The notes beneath the pieces are model-generated. The model was not told the DNA's origin. It worked only from the letters and a program-made list of their open reading frames with translations, and did not search any database. Both the position numbers and the translations under genes were made by a program. From assembly GCA_965153285.1 (NCBI GenBank), contig OZ229117.1: a stretch of 64,000 nt of DNA; one strand, written 5' to 3'. Source of the stretch: Podarcis tiliguerta (lineage: Eukaryota). Positions 40,703-54,487 of the stretch are shown here, piece after piece; the first letter of the stretch is position 1; the number at the start of each line of letters is the position of its first letter.

Positions 40703-40980
40703 CTTGCCATCAATTGGTCTAATCCTCTTTTAAAGCCATCCAAGTTGATGACCATCACTACCTCCTGGGGGTGCAGCTTTCAAAGTTTAACTACGCGCTG
40801 CACGAAGGATTACTTTTTTTTATCTGTCCCGAATCTTCCAACATTCAGCTTCAGTATAGGAACATAAATTCCATCACTGAGAGGGAGAAAAGCTTTTCTC
40901 TGCTTTCTCCACCTCATGCTTAATTTTTAACTTCTATCATGTTGCCTCTTACTCACCTTTTTCTCCAAACTAAAAAGTAC
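40703..40980 (-). mobile_element. Old CR1-type LINE 3' region
   Basis: tcctcttttaaagccatccaagttg...ttatctgtcccgaatcttccaacattcagcttca...ctaaaaag. Confidence 0.65.
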
Positions 40981-43391
40981 ATGCATTGGGTAGACAGCCT
41001 GCTATGGATAGTGTTGGACTCCTGCTGAGCAAGCACGTTTATAGCTTGCAGGTGCTGTTGGAGTCACTGGTGTTTTTTGGAGCCCAGCTGTCTCCAATGC
41101 CATGAAGCACCTTTACCCAACTATGGCTGGTTCAGTAGCTACTGCCTTTCCTGAAATGGCTTAGTTACAGTCGTGCATCCTCTACTAACCTCTTGATTAT
41201 ATGATTCCAGTGGACTCTGTCTGGGGCTATCCTTGAAAACTTTCAAGGTTTCAGCACATACAACTGAAAATCATTGAAGCCCAATTCTCTTGCAAGAATA
41301 ACTACAAGATTAATCAAACAGGTAAACAGGTAATTTGTCAATGATCTTTACACTGACCAACCTGGTTAATAATTGATCCTCCCTTCACACAATCACACAA
41401 TAAAAGTTTTGTTTAACAATAATGACAACAATAATAAAATTATGTCTCTCATCGGTTGATCACACTGCTGAGGAGGCCAAGTTTTACAGCTGCAAAAGCA
41501 TTTAAGACGCTTCTAATGCCAATAGCACTCATTCGCAGATCTGACGAGGGCATTTCTCCATTAACAAATGATGTATGTTTCTGGCACCGGGCTCAGCGGC
41601 TGCCATTGAACAGCACACGAATGCCAACAGATGCTCACTGAATAATGGATAAGAGATTCTACTGTTTCCTCTAATCTTACAGTAGCAGCTAGCAAATGTT
41701 TCCTCTTTGATGTCAGGGTCCATAATCAGAACATGGACAACAAGGGAGAAGGGATATCAAAACATAGGCTCTTGTTCCAACCACAAATTATATGGCTCCA
41801 TCATTTCCTTCTTCAGGTGTCAGGTTATGATTGGCAAAGGAAAGAAACCAAAGCAGGGGAACAAGGGAACGAGAGGAGGTAAATGCATGCCTAGGGAAGC
41901 TGAGACTGCAAACGTACCAAAAAGGGAAAAAGAACAATTAATCTTAAGTGTGTGAGGAGGAACTACGCCCTCAAACAGTCCAAGGAGGATGAAACATGCT
42001 AAGTAGCCATGGAATGTGGAAAGTCAATTGGAAAAGAAAAATGGGGAAGGGGTGGGAAGAACAGAGTGGAGTAACCTGGAAGAGGGAATGGCTGGCTGGC
42101 TGGCTGGCACTCTGAGCAGGTGCACTCCTGTTAGAAACTAAATCTAAAGTGCAACATTTACTAATATTTGTCATTCAAAGAGCTGAGTGGACCTCATATG
42201 TAGAGGCTTATGTTTTTCTGCCTTGTGTACAGGGGACTTTAGAAATTCTTCAGAATCTTGGTGTGTGCAGGATTGAGTATACCATATGGCTGCACGGTGG
42301 CTGACAATGCTGTGTGTGTGTGTGTGTCTTTGTGTGTTTGTTTCCTCATTAAAATGCATCCAGTGCTTTGCAACCTACCCAGACTGTCTCCCTTGTTTTC
42401 TTCCCAACCCAAAAAAGGTTCTCTTGGAGGAGAGGTACCTCATGACATCTTCCCCCGAGCCAATTTCAGATTCTCAGTTTCTCTTTTTTCCAATCCTGAA
42501 TTCAGTTCTCCTAATTTTACATAGGAAATTTTGCTTAATATACACATTTTCCCCCATTTCCCATAACATAACACATTTTTTATCTTTTTGCTAAAACATG
42601 TATTTTTATGTGCACTTTACCAGCAATGTATATTCACTTTTGTACACATTGCTTAGCTTAAGAACTGGATTGCGAAATTCAGAGAAGCGTGAATTTCAAA
42701 AGTTGCCTATGTTTCAATTCAAAGTGTAAATTAGGTAAGTTCGCCTTTAAATGCAAAATACATCAAATTTCTCCCCCATCCCTAAGCAGGAAAAGGAGAT
42801 GCACAGAGGGAAAGCATTTGGGGCAGGGAAATTATAACCAGAAAAACAATCTTTGAAAAGGGATATGCACTTTCTCCCTTCTGCCACATTTCTGCTCCAA
42901 AGAGCAACCTTCTCCATTAAAAAGAAGAAATCAAATGCAGATGGGGCTTCATCCTATACACTTGACTGGAGCATGTTTCACCGATGGACCTGTTCATCTT
43001 TCCTTCCAGAAACTTTCCTCTATAGTCCTCCCCTGCTCCCCTTTTCTGGCCAGCAAGTTGGTGGCATGAGCTTTGATAAATGATGTACAGTCATCCATCT
43101 TCAAGGCTAGCAGGCAGATGATGAATGGAGTACATTTGGAAAGCAGAGAGAGGAAGTTGGGGGGGCACGTAAAATTGATAGCTTAGAAAAGAAACAAAAA
43201 TTCTGTATTGGCAACAGCTGTGAGTTTTTTTGTTTTTAAAAAAAGTTTTATAAAGAAAGGATGCAGGAAAAAATATTAGTAGAACCAAAATCAAAATGCT
43301 GATAAAGCACAGAACAATGAGACACAGGTTAAACTCTTTTTAAAATTCATTTTTCAGGATGGGACATCAACTAAAGCTGCAATCTTAAGTA

Positions 43392-43618
43392 CAGTGGTAC
43401 CTCAGGTTAAGTACTAAATTCGTTCTGGAGGTCCGTACTTAACCTGAAACTGTTCTTAACCTGAAGCACCACTTTAGCTAATGGGGCTTCCTGCTGCTGC
43501 CGCGGCGCTGGAACCCGATTTCTGTTCTTATCCTGAAGCAAAGTTCTTAACCTGAAGCACTATTTCTGGGTTAGTGGAGTGTGTACCGTGAAGCGTATGT
43601 AACCTGAAGGTACCACTG
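43392..43618 (+). mobile_element. Tigger-like MITE (family A)
   Basis: TA|cagtggtacctcaggttaa ... aacctgaaggtaccactg|TA; internal aacctgaagc repeats. Confidence 0.9.
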
Positions 43619-45465
43619 TATATTTACTAGGAAACTAAAGCGCCAGGTATGCTGGTGTGTGTATATACATATATGTGTGTGTGAGAGAGATCACCCATCC
43701 AGCAGAGGAAAACCAATGCTGGCATAGATGCATGCTGTCAGTGCCCACAGGATCTGCTCAGCATCACCATACCCTCAAAAAGGAAGTGGGGGACAAGTGG
43801 GAAGTGGGGAGATTAACCACTTAAACCTGGCCCTGACAACACACTGTGGGGGGCATTGGGAAGATACAGCTGCAGACAATAGCAGCCTTCTTACAGAGGG
43901 TTTGCAGCATTCTGGTCCCCTGCAGCAGAGTGTGATGAAGCTTTGTCAAGACCTGCAGTGAGAGAGGGTGTTTGATTTGCCTGTCTCTTATCTGAGCTGC
44001 TGTGCCATTTGGGGGGTGCATCGCCTTCCATGCTTGCAGCAAACCTACGGCTCCCCATCTGTGGTGTTTGTTCCTTGGCCTGTGTGTGAGAGACTGCCGT
44101 CACTGGGCACAAGGGACTTTGGGCAGGTCTGTGTCTGTTTAATGTTCTGCTTGGTCTTGCTGTTTGTGTGTGTGTTCTGGCTGTGCCATATATACCTCCT
44201 TGTACCTGTTTGCCTGTACATGGGGAGGGTGTTTGTCCATGTTCATTCATGATTGTGTGTGGTGGGGGTGCTGTGCATGCTGAGTGAGCAGTGTGTGCTG
44301 ATTCTGTGACATCAGTGGTGTTGCTGTGGGTGCTGTATGAATCTTTGTGTTTCCTCCACTGGGCTCAGGTGATTTCTGCTGGCATCAGACCCTCCCAGAT
44401 GATTCTGAACAGGGTTTGAATGAGGTTTCAAAGTTGGGATGTTGCCAGCAGACATAAATCATGCCTATAGTTTCGATTGTTCTGTCTGTTTCATTTAAGC
44501 TAATGGAACTTCCAGGTAACCACATAGAGGATTAGGGTTAACATGGGGATATGAAAAGGTTTCCCCCTTCAGGAAAAAAAAACCCCAAAGAGATATTTTA
44601 AAATACATTTTGCTTTAAGTTGTGCTGCCACAAATATGTGGCAGTTTAGAAAGTGAACCTGATGGGTTTGAAAAGACTGGATGTGGACCAAGCCTTATAT
44701 GCCCCCTAGCTAATATTACTGTAATTCAAACTATGATCCATTGCAAGTTAATTTGAAGTTTGTGCGCTTAGCTAAACTCTGCCTGCCTGCCTTCTCTTCA
44801 GGAGTGACTGGCATGGCACTAAGGGGCTGGTCTTCCGGTAGTACCTTCACTGACATTCACCTCAATGGTTTTGCAGGATGGGGCCGGGGGCAGTGCATGT
44901 TACTCTTGTTCTTTAAAATTGATTTAAGTCACCTACAAGCTGCCAGCTAGTGCACGGGGCTCCCTGTCACCAAAACATGTGAAAAAATAGGAGGCCATGA
45001 TCATTTTGTTAATATGGAAACTCACACTCCATAAACAACTTCACAGCTTGGTTATGGTTGGTTCAATAAAACAAGGGAATAACTAAACCCAACTACATAA
45101 CCCCAAGTGAGTTTCAAAGTCCAATCAGTTCCCTACGAACGAGGGTCACTGAAAGCACACATTCAAGAATGTCTCTTTTGAATGAGCATCTTTACTTCCC
45201 ACCTGTACTCTACAATGCTCGGGAGACTCTCATGGCCAATGTTCTTCAAGAGAATCAGTCAAAACGTTTGCTGAAAAACAAGGATGTCCAGGTGTTCCTG
45301 CTGATTAGTTCCTAATGCTCAGTGCTGATGAGTTTATGTTCACTGACTGGGAGCTGATTATTAGTTGTTGATGATGAGAATCCAATGTAAGATTTGGTGG
45401 GTTTCCACCTTGTTTTTATGAGTCCCCTTACTTCCAATCTGCTTGTATATCTGAGAGTTAGAAAT

Positions 45466-45601
45466 GTAGCATCCCCAAACTCAGCCCTCCAGATGTTTTG
45501 GGACTTCAACTCCCATCACCCCTAGCTAACAGGACCAGTGGTCAGGGATGGTGGGAATTGTAGTCCCAAAACATCTGGAGGGCCAAGTTTGGGGATGCCT
45601 G
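45466..45601. mobile_element. Palindromic hAT-like MITE
   Basis: gcatccccaaactcagccctccagatgttttgggact ... agtcccaaaacatctggagggccaagtttggggatgc; near-perfect fold-back. Confidence 0.8.
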
Positions 45602-45740
45602 GTCTAGTACATTTACTGGCTGTGGCTCTCAAGGATTTCAGACAGGGGCTTTCCCAGCCCTAACTGGAGATGTTTGGGATTAAACCTGAGACTTCCTGCA
45701 CGCAAAGCAGATGCTGTACAACTGAGCTACAGCCCTTCCC
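45601..45740 (-). mobile_element. Squam2-like SINE (5' portion)
   Basis: ttcctgcacgcaaagcagatgctgtacaactgagctacagcccttccc is the reverse complement of the SINE head. Confidence 0.7.
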
Positions 45741-47129
45741 TTTTAGGAATTAAATAATAAAGTAAGAAATTTGCACAAACTTGATCTTAAAGATAATAAA
45801 AAGAAAGGAAGTGAAACCTCCATTGTCATAAGCAAAAGGTATAATTTATTTACTGGCACTGCTCTGCTCATCTCTCACACCAGCAGAGCAGCTGGTTTCC
45901 ACTGTAACTTCTGCTTCTTTAACCCAGATTCTTCCAGTTGAGCTAACAGAGACACTCAAAGGTTGTGGGACTTGTTCTGAAGTTACACCAGAGAGCAAAT
46001 GGCTTACTGTATAATGTAACACATGATAACTTTCAGAGTACTTCAAGGCCAGAGGGGACCATTAAAAGTTGTCAACATCTGACCTTGTGCACATAATTGG
46101 GTCACACAGAAATCCACCCAGTTAATTCCTGCCTCAAATCAATGATGGGAGATCATGGCCCTCCATTATCATAGCTTTTGCTTGGTTCTGAAGTTTTTGT
46201 CATAGTGAGATCTCCATCGGCTAGGGGATGTGCCAAGAGGACTGAAAATACTCAGTTCTTCAATGAAATTTTCCTGCTAAAGGCAGTCTGCAGCTTCCAC
46301 CCGGACCTTTTCAGGATGCTGCTCCTCAGATTACTGTACAAAGTGGACATGTGGCCCATCTCACACCAACACTGTCAAACTCTTGATAGACAGCAATTAT
46401 CTAAGGTGTCAGGCAGTCTTCCAGCTCTGCTGCCTGAAGTCCATGTAGACAGGGGTGCCAAAGACTGGGGCTGGAACTTCTGCACATTAAGCATGGGATT
46501 CACTACTGAGCTACAGCCACACATATTTGAAATCATCTGCTGGACTATACATGGAGTCTGGCACTAGGAAACTCTGCAATCTGAATGAAATGCAAATCAA
46601 ATGCTGTTGTGTAATAAACTTGGCATAATGAATGTGCTTTTGTTAAACTCTGAGGAAATAACCAAGAAACAAAGTAGGGGGCTGGTGTACTGACAAGGAA
46701 TGTGTGAGCATCCTGCTGCTTGTCCCAAACAACAAACTGTGCTCTTCAAGTGATCCATACTCCATGCTCAAAACCACTTTGAGGGATTTTCATGTGTTCA
46801 GTACAAGCACTTAGAAAGCATAATTTAATTTAGCCAACACTCTTTTTCCCCTGGCCCCTTCTTCCCCAAGTGGTTGCACACTCAGTAGCAAATGACCTGT
46901 ATGGAATCATTGCCCGCTGAGGATCATGGGGCTGGTAGTATTTCTGATCATGGGATCTCACCCAGTAGTTCTTTCTGCTTTTTGAAGCTTTTTAAAGATA
47001 AGAGTGCACCTCCAATTACACTCAGCTTTCTCTTTCCTCTGTATCATGACACCCAAGAGGACATGATCAATTCTTCCCATGGTTTGCAGTACTTCCACTT
47101 CATCGATCAGTTTCTCTCTTTTGTTGAGG

Positions 47130-48000
47130 ACCCTCCCTTTTAGTGAGGACTAAGTCCAAGATAGATGTTCCCTTTGTTGCTTCTTCCACCTTCTGGTAAA
47201 TGAAACTGTCAGTGGGGAAATTTAGGAATTTGTTGGATCTAACATTCTTGGCAGAGTTTGAGTTCCAACAGATATCAGGTTTATTGAAGTCTCCTATGAC
47301 TACTATATTTCTCCGTTTTGAACGTCTGATAATCTGCTCTAGGAAGGCATTATCTAATTCTTCAGTCTGGCTTGGAGGTGACACAGTAACGTCACTGTTG
47401 TTTCCCTCTCCTACAATTTTCCTCCATATCCTGTCAATCTGCTTTCTGTGCTCCAGGTCATGGATCTTTTCACAAGTGTACACATCCTTTACATATAATG
47501 CTACTCCTCCTTCCTTCTTGTTTGGTCTATTCCTTTTAAACAGGTTATACCCCTCAATTCATATATTCCAGTCATGAGTCTCACCCCACCAGGTTTCAGT
47601 AGTGCCTACCAGGTCATATTTGCCATCCTGTATTAAAAGTTCCCATTCTTCTTGCTTGTTTCCCATATTCTGTGCATTAGTATAGAGAAAACTGACACCA
47701 CAAGCTGCTTCCTTCTTGTAGTTTCCTGCCCTTTGGCAAGTTTCTGTACCACCACCTCAGTTTCCTGTGCAACAATGAAGCTATTATCTCCAGTACCATG
47801 TGTTCCCCTGTTATCTGTAATATTGTCTCCCTCTCCCTCAGGATTTAGTTTATGGCTCTCCTAATCAGGTTCATGAGACTCTTAGCAAACACATTATTGC
47901 CAACTGCTGTGAGATGCAGCATGCAGCCCATCTCTAGCGAGAAATCCTTCCTCCAGTAAGTGGAGACCAAAGTCCAAGAAGCCAAACTTTTCCTGACTAC
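47130..48000 (-). mobile_element. CR1 LINE internal fragment: ORF1 C-terminus plus ORF2 endonuclease
   Basis: ORF1-like FGFLDFGLHLLEEGFLARDGLH...NNVFAKSLMNLIRRAIN*, then endonuclease motifs PPSQTEELDNAFLEQI, VVIGDFNKPDICW, ILDLVLT. Confidence 0.88.
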
Positions 48001-48758
48001 ATATATCTCAGCTTGATATATCCCAGCACGACCTCTTATATTCCAGTTTGATCACTTAGACCATCTGGAGCATTGCTAGTTGTTACAGGGGGCCAGACTT
48101 CAAGTAGAAATCAGGGATTTAGTGCTGTTAGTCCCATGTTGGGTAACATTCTTCCAGCAGAGATTTCACAGGCATCCTTGCTTTTGACTTTCAGGCATCT
48201 CTTGAAAACCATTTTATGCTGAAACAATTTTGTGGCTTTTTTTATTATTATTTTTAAAAAATGATTTCCCAGTCATCTTAACTATTATCTGTATTTAAAA
48301 AACAACAACAACACTGTGTTTCTGTGTTTTATATTTTAACTGCAAAGCACCCTGATATTTTATGATATATTGGTATAGAAATACTTTAATATATAAAATG
48401 AACATTATAAGGTTTTGAAGAGTGAGACTTCAAAGACTGGAGAGGGAGTGCAAAACCTCTCAGTTTTAAGATTTTCACAAATTGCCAATTATTTATCTGC
48501 TATCCCTAAAGATGGGGTTGCAGGGAGGGGAGGGACTTGACTTTTAGAAAGCTTCCTCTCCAAGCTCAGTTCCTCTAGCAACAACTTCTAATTAACTTTT
48601 CCAGATGTCTCAGGCAGCAACTGCACTGATAACACCATGCCATCAAACATGCTTAGCAATATTTTTGAGGCCTTATCAAGTGTGTGAAATCCAGACAGCT
48701 GAGATAACTTTACAGAAATAGAGCTAGGACCTGCTTTTATTGAAACATAAAACCTTCA

Positions 48759-49163
<405 letters not shown>

Positions 49164-52100
49164 TCATTAGGAGATTATAGCCCAATCATACTAATGACTA
49201 GCTCCCCCAGAAACTCAAAGGCCACAAACTAATTGATTTCAATAGATTTGATCTGAACTAGACTATCATGAAGGCAAGTGCTTCTTCCGTTCATGAACAT
49301 ATTGAGCAGGAGATCCTGCTGACAAAAGTCTTGTTGAGGGGCAATTTTCCCCCTGTTCATTCAGCTCCTTGTGCCACCTCTCTCTAATTTGTGGAAATGG
49401 AAGGGGCTGAAAAGGGAATCAGCAAGAGTCATCTCTCTCTCCCTCCCAATCCTTCACTGGTAGGGGAACCACATGAGCAGGACCACTGGCAGATGTGAAA
49501 AAGAGGTCACACTTTGGGGGGAGTCCAAGGCCAACAGAAGCCCCAGACTCTAAGGTCTCAATTTAAAAAAATCAATTGGTTGTTTCTAAAGAAAGTTGGA
49601 ACACAAAGCATGGAGGGAGTTCTTAACTTCTGCTAACATCCACTGCTGTTGCGAAGCAATCAGAGGAAGGAATGTGGACCACTCCTAAAGATGTAAGTTT
49701 CACAAGGAAGTTGTGGACTTGGATTGAATTTGGGAAACTCTGGAGTGAGAGTGCTATAAGATGACAGCAGCCACCATAAATGCCTTTGTTTGTTTCACTG
49801 CTTCCTGAACATAGAAACATAAGAGCAGCCTTGCTGGATCAGACAAAGACCTCTACAGTCCAGCATTCTCTTCTCACTGTGGACAACCAGGTGCCTATAG
49901 GAAGCTAACAAGCAGAGCATGAGTGTAATAGTACTATCTTGCTCATGAGCCCTATCAATTTTCTCAATAAGCCAATTGGCAAGAGTCTTGTCTTTAAACT
50001 TTTTTTTAAGTCAGCCCATCAGATCCAGAGACCTAATTGAGCATTTCTGCTGCCACAGGCTCATTATGCGTTACTCATTGTTACATTGCTCTGGCACCCT
50101 ATCAGCCAAAGGGATAGCAGAAATAAAGCAATAGCCCGGTAGTAATTTGAAGGTGAGCAAATGTATAATTACATAAACGTACAAAGATTATGAGGAATGA
50201 GGCATCCAATAGCCAAATAAAGCTTATGCCATAATATTTATCCCTTTATTAGTCTTTAAGTCACAGTTCCTTTTGTTTTGCTAAAACTGCACTACATTCC
50301 ACTTTACAGGTCTGCTGTAAGGATAAACTGTGTTTATGGATGACAATCTTACTCGGCTACGAGTGATCGCCAAAGAAAGGATAAGAGACTATAAAACAAT
50401 ATGGTAAATTTAAAACGCTCTTAGAAAAAAAGAGGATAGGTCAAAGGAGAACTCAAGTGTGCAAAGACTACATGCAGCAGGGGAGCATGAATTGCAACCT
50501 GCCTGAATGCCTCACTCATACAAGCTAGTCCCAGCAGGCAGCTACACATTAGATCTGCTGAGGATCTACATGTAATGTCTAGTTGTGTCCCAGATTCCTT
50601 TTTCCTTGATTTTTAGGGCGTTTTTTTTTTCCTAATTCCAAACCTGCCTCCCACCCCCCACACCCATTCAAAATCAGAGACAGGCAGGCAGGAAACAGAC
50701 TTTTTATTATTAGCATTTTTAAATTTATCATTAGCCACATCCCTGTAACCACCTAGCAGCCCAATAGCTCTAGTGAGCATAAGCTGCCAAGGGGGCATAG
50801 ATCTGTATCTTGATTTTCCACCCAGCAGCTCAAGGTTGTGGATGTTTTCCTCCCCCCCCCCCTTTATATTTGCAACAGCCCTGTGAGGTAGGCTAGGTTA
50901 AGGTGTTACGTGCAGCAATTCTTAGCGGATGTGGGGAGGGGGTGGGATGCCGGAGGCCCAATCCACACACAGTGTACTGGGCCCAGGAAATCCTGTTGGC
51001 ATCCCTGCATATGAGTGTAAATCTGTGCAGGGAATACTCCTGCCAACAGGAACAAAACCAGGATCTCAGCCATTGAACAAAATGCGCACTGAAACACATT
51101 ATAAAAATTAACCACATTAAAAAAACCAAAGCCACTGTGAGGCTTTGTCCTGATGCAATAACTACTGTCTCCCTTTCACCCATGATTCTGGCTTGGTTCA
51201 CATGATAAATGCTGAGCCATTTTAATTTTAAAATGCATTGATCTGTGGCAGTGATGGCATTTTTTAAAGTATTTCTTTCTGCTTGCTGCTGCTGCTTTTC
51301 ATAAACACTGCCAGTGGAGTTACGAACACCAGACTGATTGACTGCACCACATCCAAAACACACACAAACACACCAAGGAACGAAACTAAATGTGAGCATT
51401 CATTAGAACCAGGCGTAATTTGTTTGACCTGCTCTGGCACCACAAAAAGAAACCCATAGCTTTATGTCCTTTTTGGTGGGGAGGGGTGCATATTTGTCTT
51501 TTGAACGCTTTGACTCCAGTTCCGTGACTGTCTGCTTGCTGGACTTCCATTTCTCCCCTCCACAGATCTTCAGTTGCCATATTTATCCCAAGGAGGGAGC
51601 CTGTCTGTAGTTGGATTAGGCAAATGATCATATTTATTAGGATTGCTCCAGAGGGGCAAGACACTAATGAGTCACACAGTTAAGTCAGATCAGCAAAGCA
51701 AAATTACAGTGCCTTTACAACAGAAATGTACCAAGGTGACCGATATATAAATAGCTTGCTAGATGCTGTTCCAATAAAAAGAAATCTTTATTTTTCGCAG
51801 CATTCTATCTGCTGACAACAGCCAACCACAAGCCGCTGAGAAGCACACAATGGTATCATCGATCCCTCCCCTAAATCAGATTAGGCACAGGATCAGTTTC
51901 TTTCCAATCCGTCTGTCACTTGTAAATATGTTCACTCATAAACCTGTTCTGTTCCTTTTCCACGATAATTTGCATTTTAAATAAAACTCACATGAAAACC
52001 CACATTTGAATATGCATTTCTAAACACATTTCGATGCTTTTTGTGAGCCAAGAACTGAGTCGCAGCATTTGGATGAGTATGAAAGTTGGTGACAGCTATG

Positions 52101-52473
52101 TTCAGATCTGCACATTAGTTTGGGAGGTGCAGATCAGGTCAGTCCATGACACAATTTGCAAGATTGCATTCCTCAAACATTCCCAAGTTAGATCCATACT
52201 GTGGCTGAAAGTGGAAGGTGTGTTTCTGGAGTTCCTGACTGGTAGCCATAAAGAAGTCCCGTCCTTCTCTAATCAATCTCATCTTTTTCTAAAGCCATTT
52301 TATGTGAGTGGCCATAATGGCATCCTGTGCCAAACAGTTGCATGGGTCATACTGAGTCTAAGTGATTGAGGGGATGGGTAGGCATTACAGAGGAAGACAC
52401 TGAAGGGATGACGATTGGTGTTTGTGCCTGATATCCCCCACCACAGGTATGCAAGTGCTGCTACGGTTGTAGG

Positions 52474-52977
52474 ATGGTTGCTGTTAAGGGACAGGGAAGG
52501 AATTTCCCTGCATTGGCAGGTTTCGCCTTCCCCGTAGCAGATGTCACAACTTTGGCGGTTTTAGGCCTTGGGCGGAATCATAGTCGATCTTCCCTAAATG
52601 TGGGGGAGGGGGTGAAGCAGTGGTGTCTCCCCCGCCTCCCACGATCCCAGGGTTCTCCATTAAAGGGGCTGGGTCAGTGGGGAATCACTGGCCATACACT
52701 GAAAGGTGGTCAGTGCACTCCCCAATGCTGCAGGGAAATGGGGGCGGGCACTCTGAGTAAACAAACATCTTCCAGAGCCAGCCCACTTCCCAGACGGACC
52801 TGATTACCCTGATGTGCCTTAGACCCCCGGCTGGGGACTGGAAGGGATACACGCCCAATTCATAAGCCAAGGAAAGTTTAAATAAAGTTGTGGCTAATTT
52901 AATCCCACAACACGTTGTCATGCCTTATTCTTTTCTTCCGGGTGGCTCTTGGGGTCGGGGGTCTCCGCCTGGGCACA
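52474..52977 (+). mobile_element. Interspersed repeat, probable DIRS/Ngaro-type (tyrosine-recombinase retrotransposon) non-coding remnant
   Basis: Homologous to the reverse complement of 63088-63605 (cctgcattggcaggttt..ttccccgtagca; aataaagttgtggc). The family assignment comes from recalled motifs only. Confidence 0.55.
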
Positions 52978-52989
52978 CCATAGATGTTC

Positions 52990-53560
52990 TACCACTGCCC
53001 CTAACAGTTGGGTGGTCCTGCTCCTGATTAACTGGCCAGTCTGTAATAAAAACATGCTGATTCATGATTTGATTGTGTATAAGCAAGCTGACCTGGTGTG
53101 CATCACCAAGATCTGGGTGGGGGAACCTGGTGGGCCAAATCTGACTCAGCTCTTCCCACCCAGTTACTCAGTGCAACCAAAGCCCAGCCTGGAATGGGGT
53201 TGTGGTGGTGGTGCAGGTTGTGTTATTGTGATCTACAGGAGTTCACTTCATACCACCAGGAAACCCCTCTCTCTTGCTGTGGAACTGGAGGGCTTGCATC
53301 TGGTGTTGGGGCCAGAGAGACAGGTTAGTATTTGACTGACTGAGCTGGCTGAGGTTGTCTTGGGTGTTGCGTTGAAGGAACCCAGAACTGTGGTCTCGGG
53401 TGACTTCTACATCCATGCTGAGGATGCCTCAGGTCCGGCTTGGGAATTCATGGCCTCCATAGCAGTGATGGGCCTTTCTCAAATGGTCATCAGTACAACA
53501 CACGGATCAGAACCATGTCCTTGCTTTAGTCCTCTAACCCCGTGGAGAGAAGGGTGGTTT
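52990..53560 (+). mobile_element. L2-clade LINE apurinic-like endonuclease fragment
   Basis: NKNMLIHDLIV..ADLVCITKIWV (ITETW-like), GGG..V..IYR, GDFYIH (GDFN-like), MGLSQMV. Confidence 0.82.
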
Positions 53561-54284
53561 GGAAATGGGGGGGGGGTGGATTGTCATAGTCACCCACCAA
53601 AGTCCACCAACAGTCCATTAAGTTAAAGCCTAAAGCTTTAATATGCATTTAGCTAAATGGGGACTCAGTCTTGTGGAGTAAAAATAAAGGAGCACTTCTG
53701 AGCATGTGCTAAGAGCATTTTACAATCAGCCTTCACATATCTAGGCAAAGTTACAAAGAAGGACATTAGCTCACTTAGCTCGGATTCTCCGTAGCAGAAA
53801 TCAGCAAGAGACTGCTGCATCAGGTTGCCAAAAGTCTATTTGGATATTAAGGAGCCCTTGGCACAGTATCAGTGATGGGCTAAACCCCCACCACCCCATG
53901 ACACAACCTCAAGTGCACAGTATTTACCCCAAATGCTAGATTGTATAGGTCTATAGATTTTAGAGATCTATAGGCTGGGATATATATATAGAGAGAGAGA
54001 GCGGGGCATTGCATTTTGGATAAATTAAGCTGGCAGGAGGCCACTGTGAATGGGAGCCAACACAGGCACTTGCCCACCACTAAAATGGCCAGCGGAGAGG
54101 AACAGTGAGTTGACAGCAGAGTCAATTCAAGGCCCTTTTGAGCCTTGAACAGACTGAGATGACATTTTTCTTTAAAACTGAAATTAAAGGCTAATTTCAC
54201 CTGAAGAGTAATCTGTGGCAAATTTGGAGGCCCCTCTTCCAGCAAGAAGAACAGCAGGATAGGAGGGTAGAAGAGTGTTGAAAT

Positions 54285-54487
54285 GATCATCAGGAAAAAC
54301 TTTCTGGCAGTAAGAGCTGTTGACATTGGAATGGTCTCCCTTGGGAGATTGTGGACTCTCCTTCATTGGAGGTTTTAAAGCAGAGGTTGGATGGCTATCT
54401 GTCGTGGATGCTTCAGCTGAGATTCCAACATTGCAGGGGGTTGGACTAGATGACCCTTCGGGTGCGCTTCAATTCTATGATTCTATG
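54285..54487 (+). mobile_element. CR1 LINE 3' end
   Basis: aggaaaaactttctggcagtaagagctgtt...gaggttggatggc...ttggactagatgaccct...ttctatgattctatg (CR1 octamer tail). Confidence 0.85.

Noticed and set aside
50893-51399. 168-aa minus-strand ORF
   Set aside because: No recognisable domain, low-complexity composition and no supporting gene structure.
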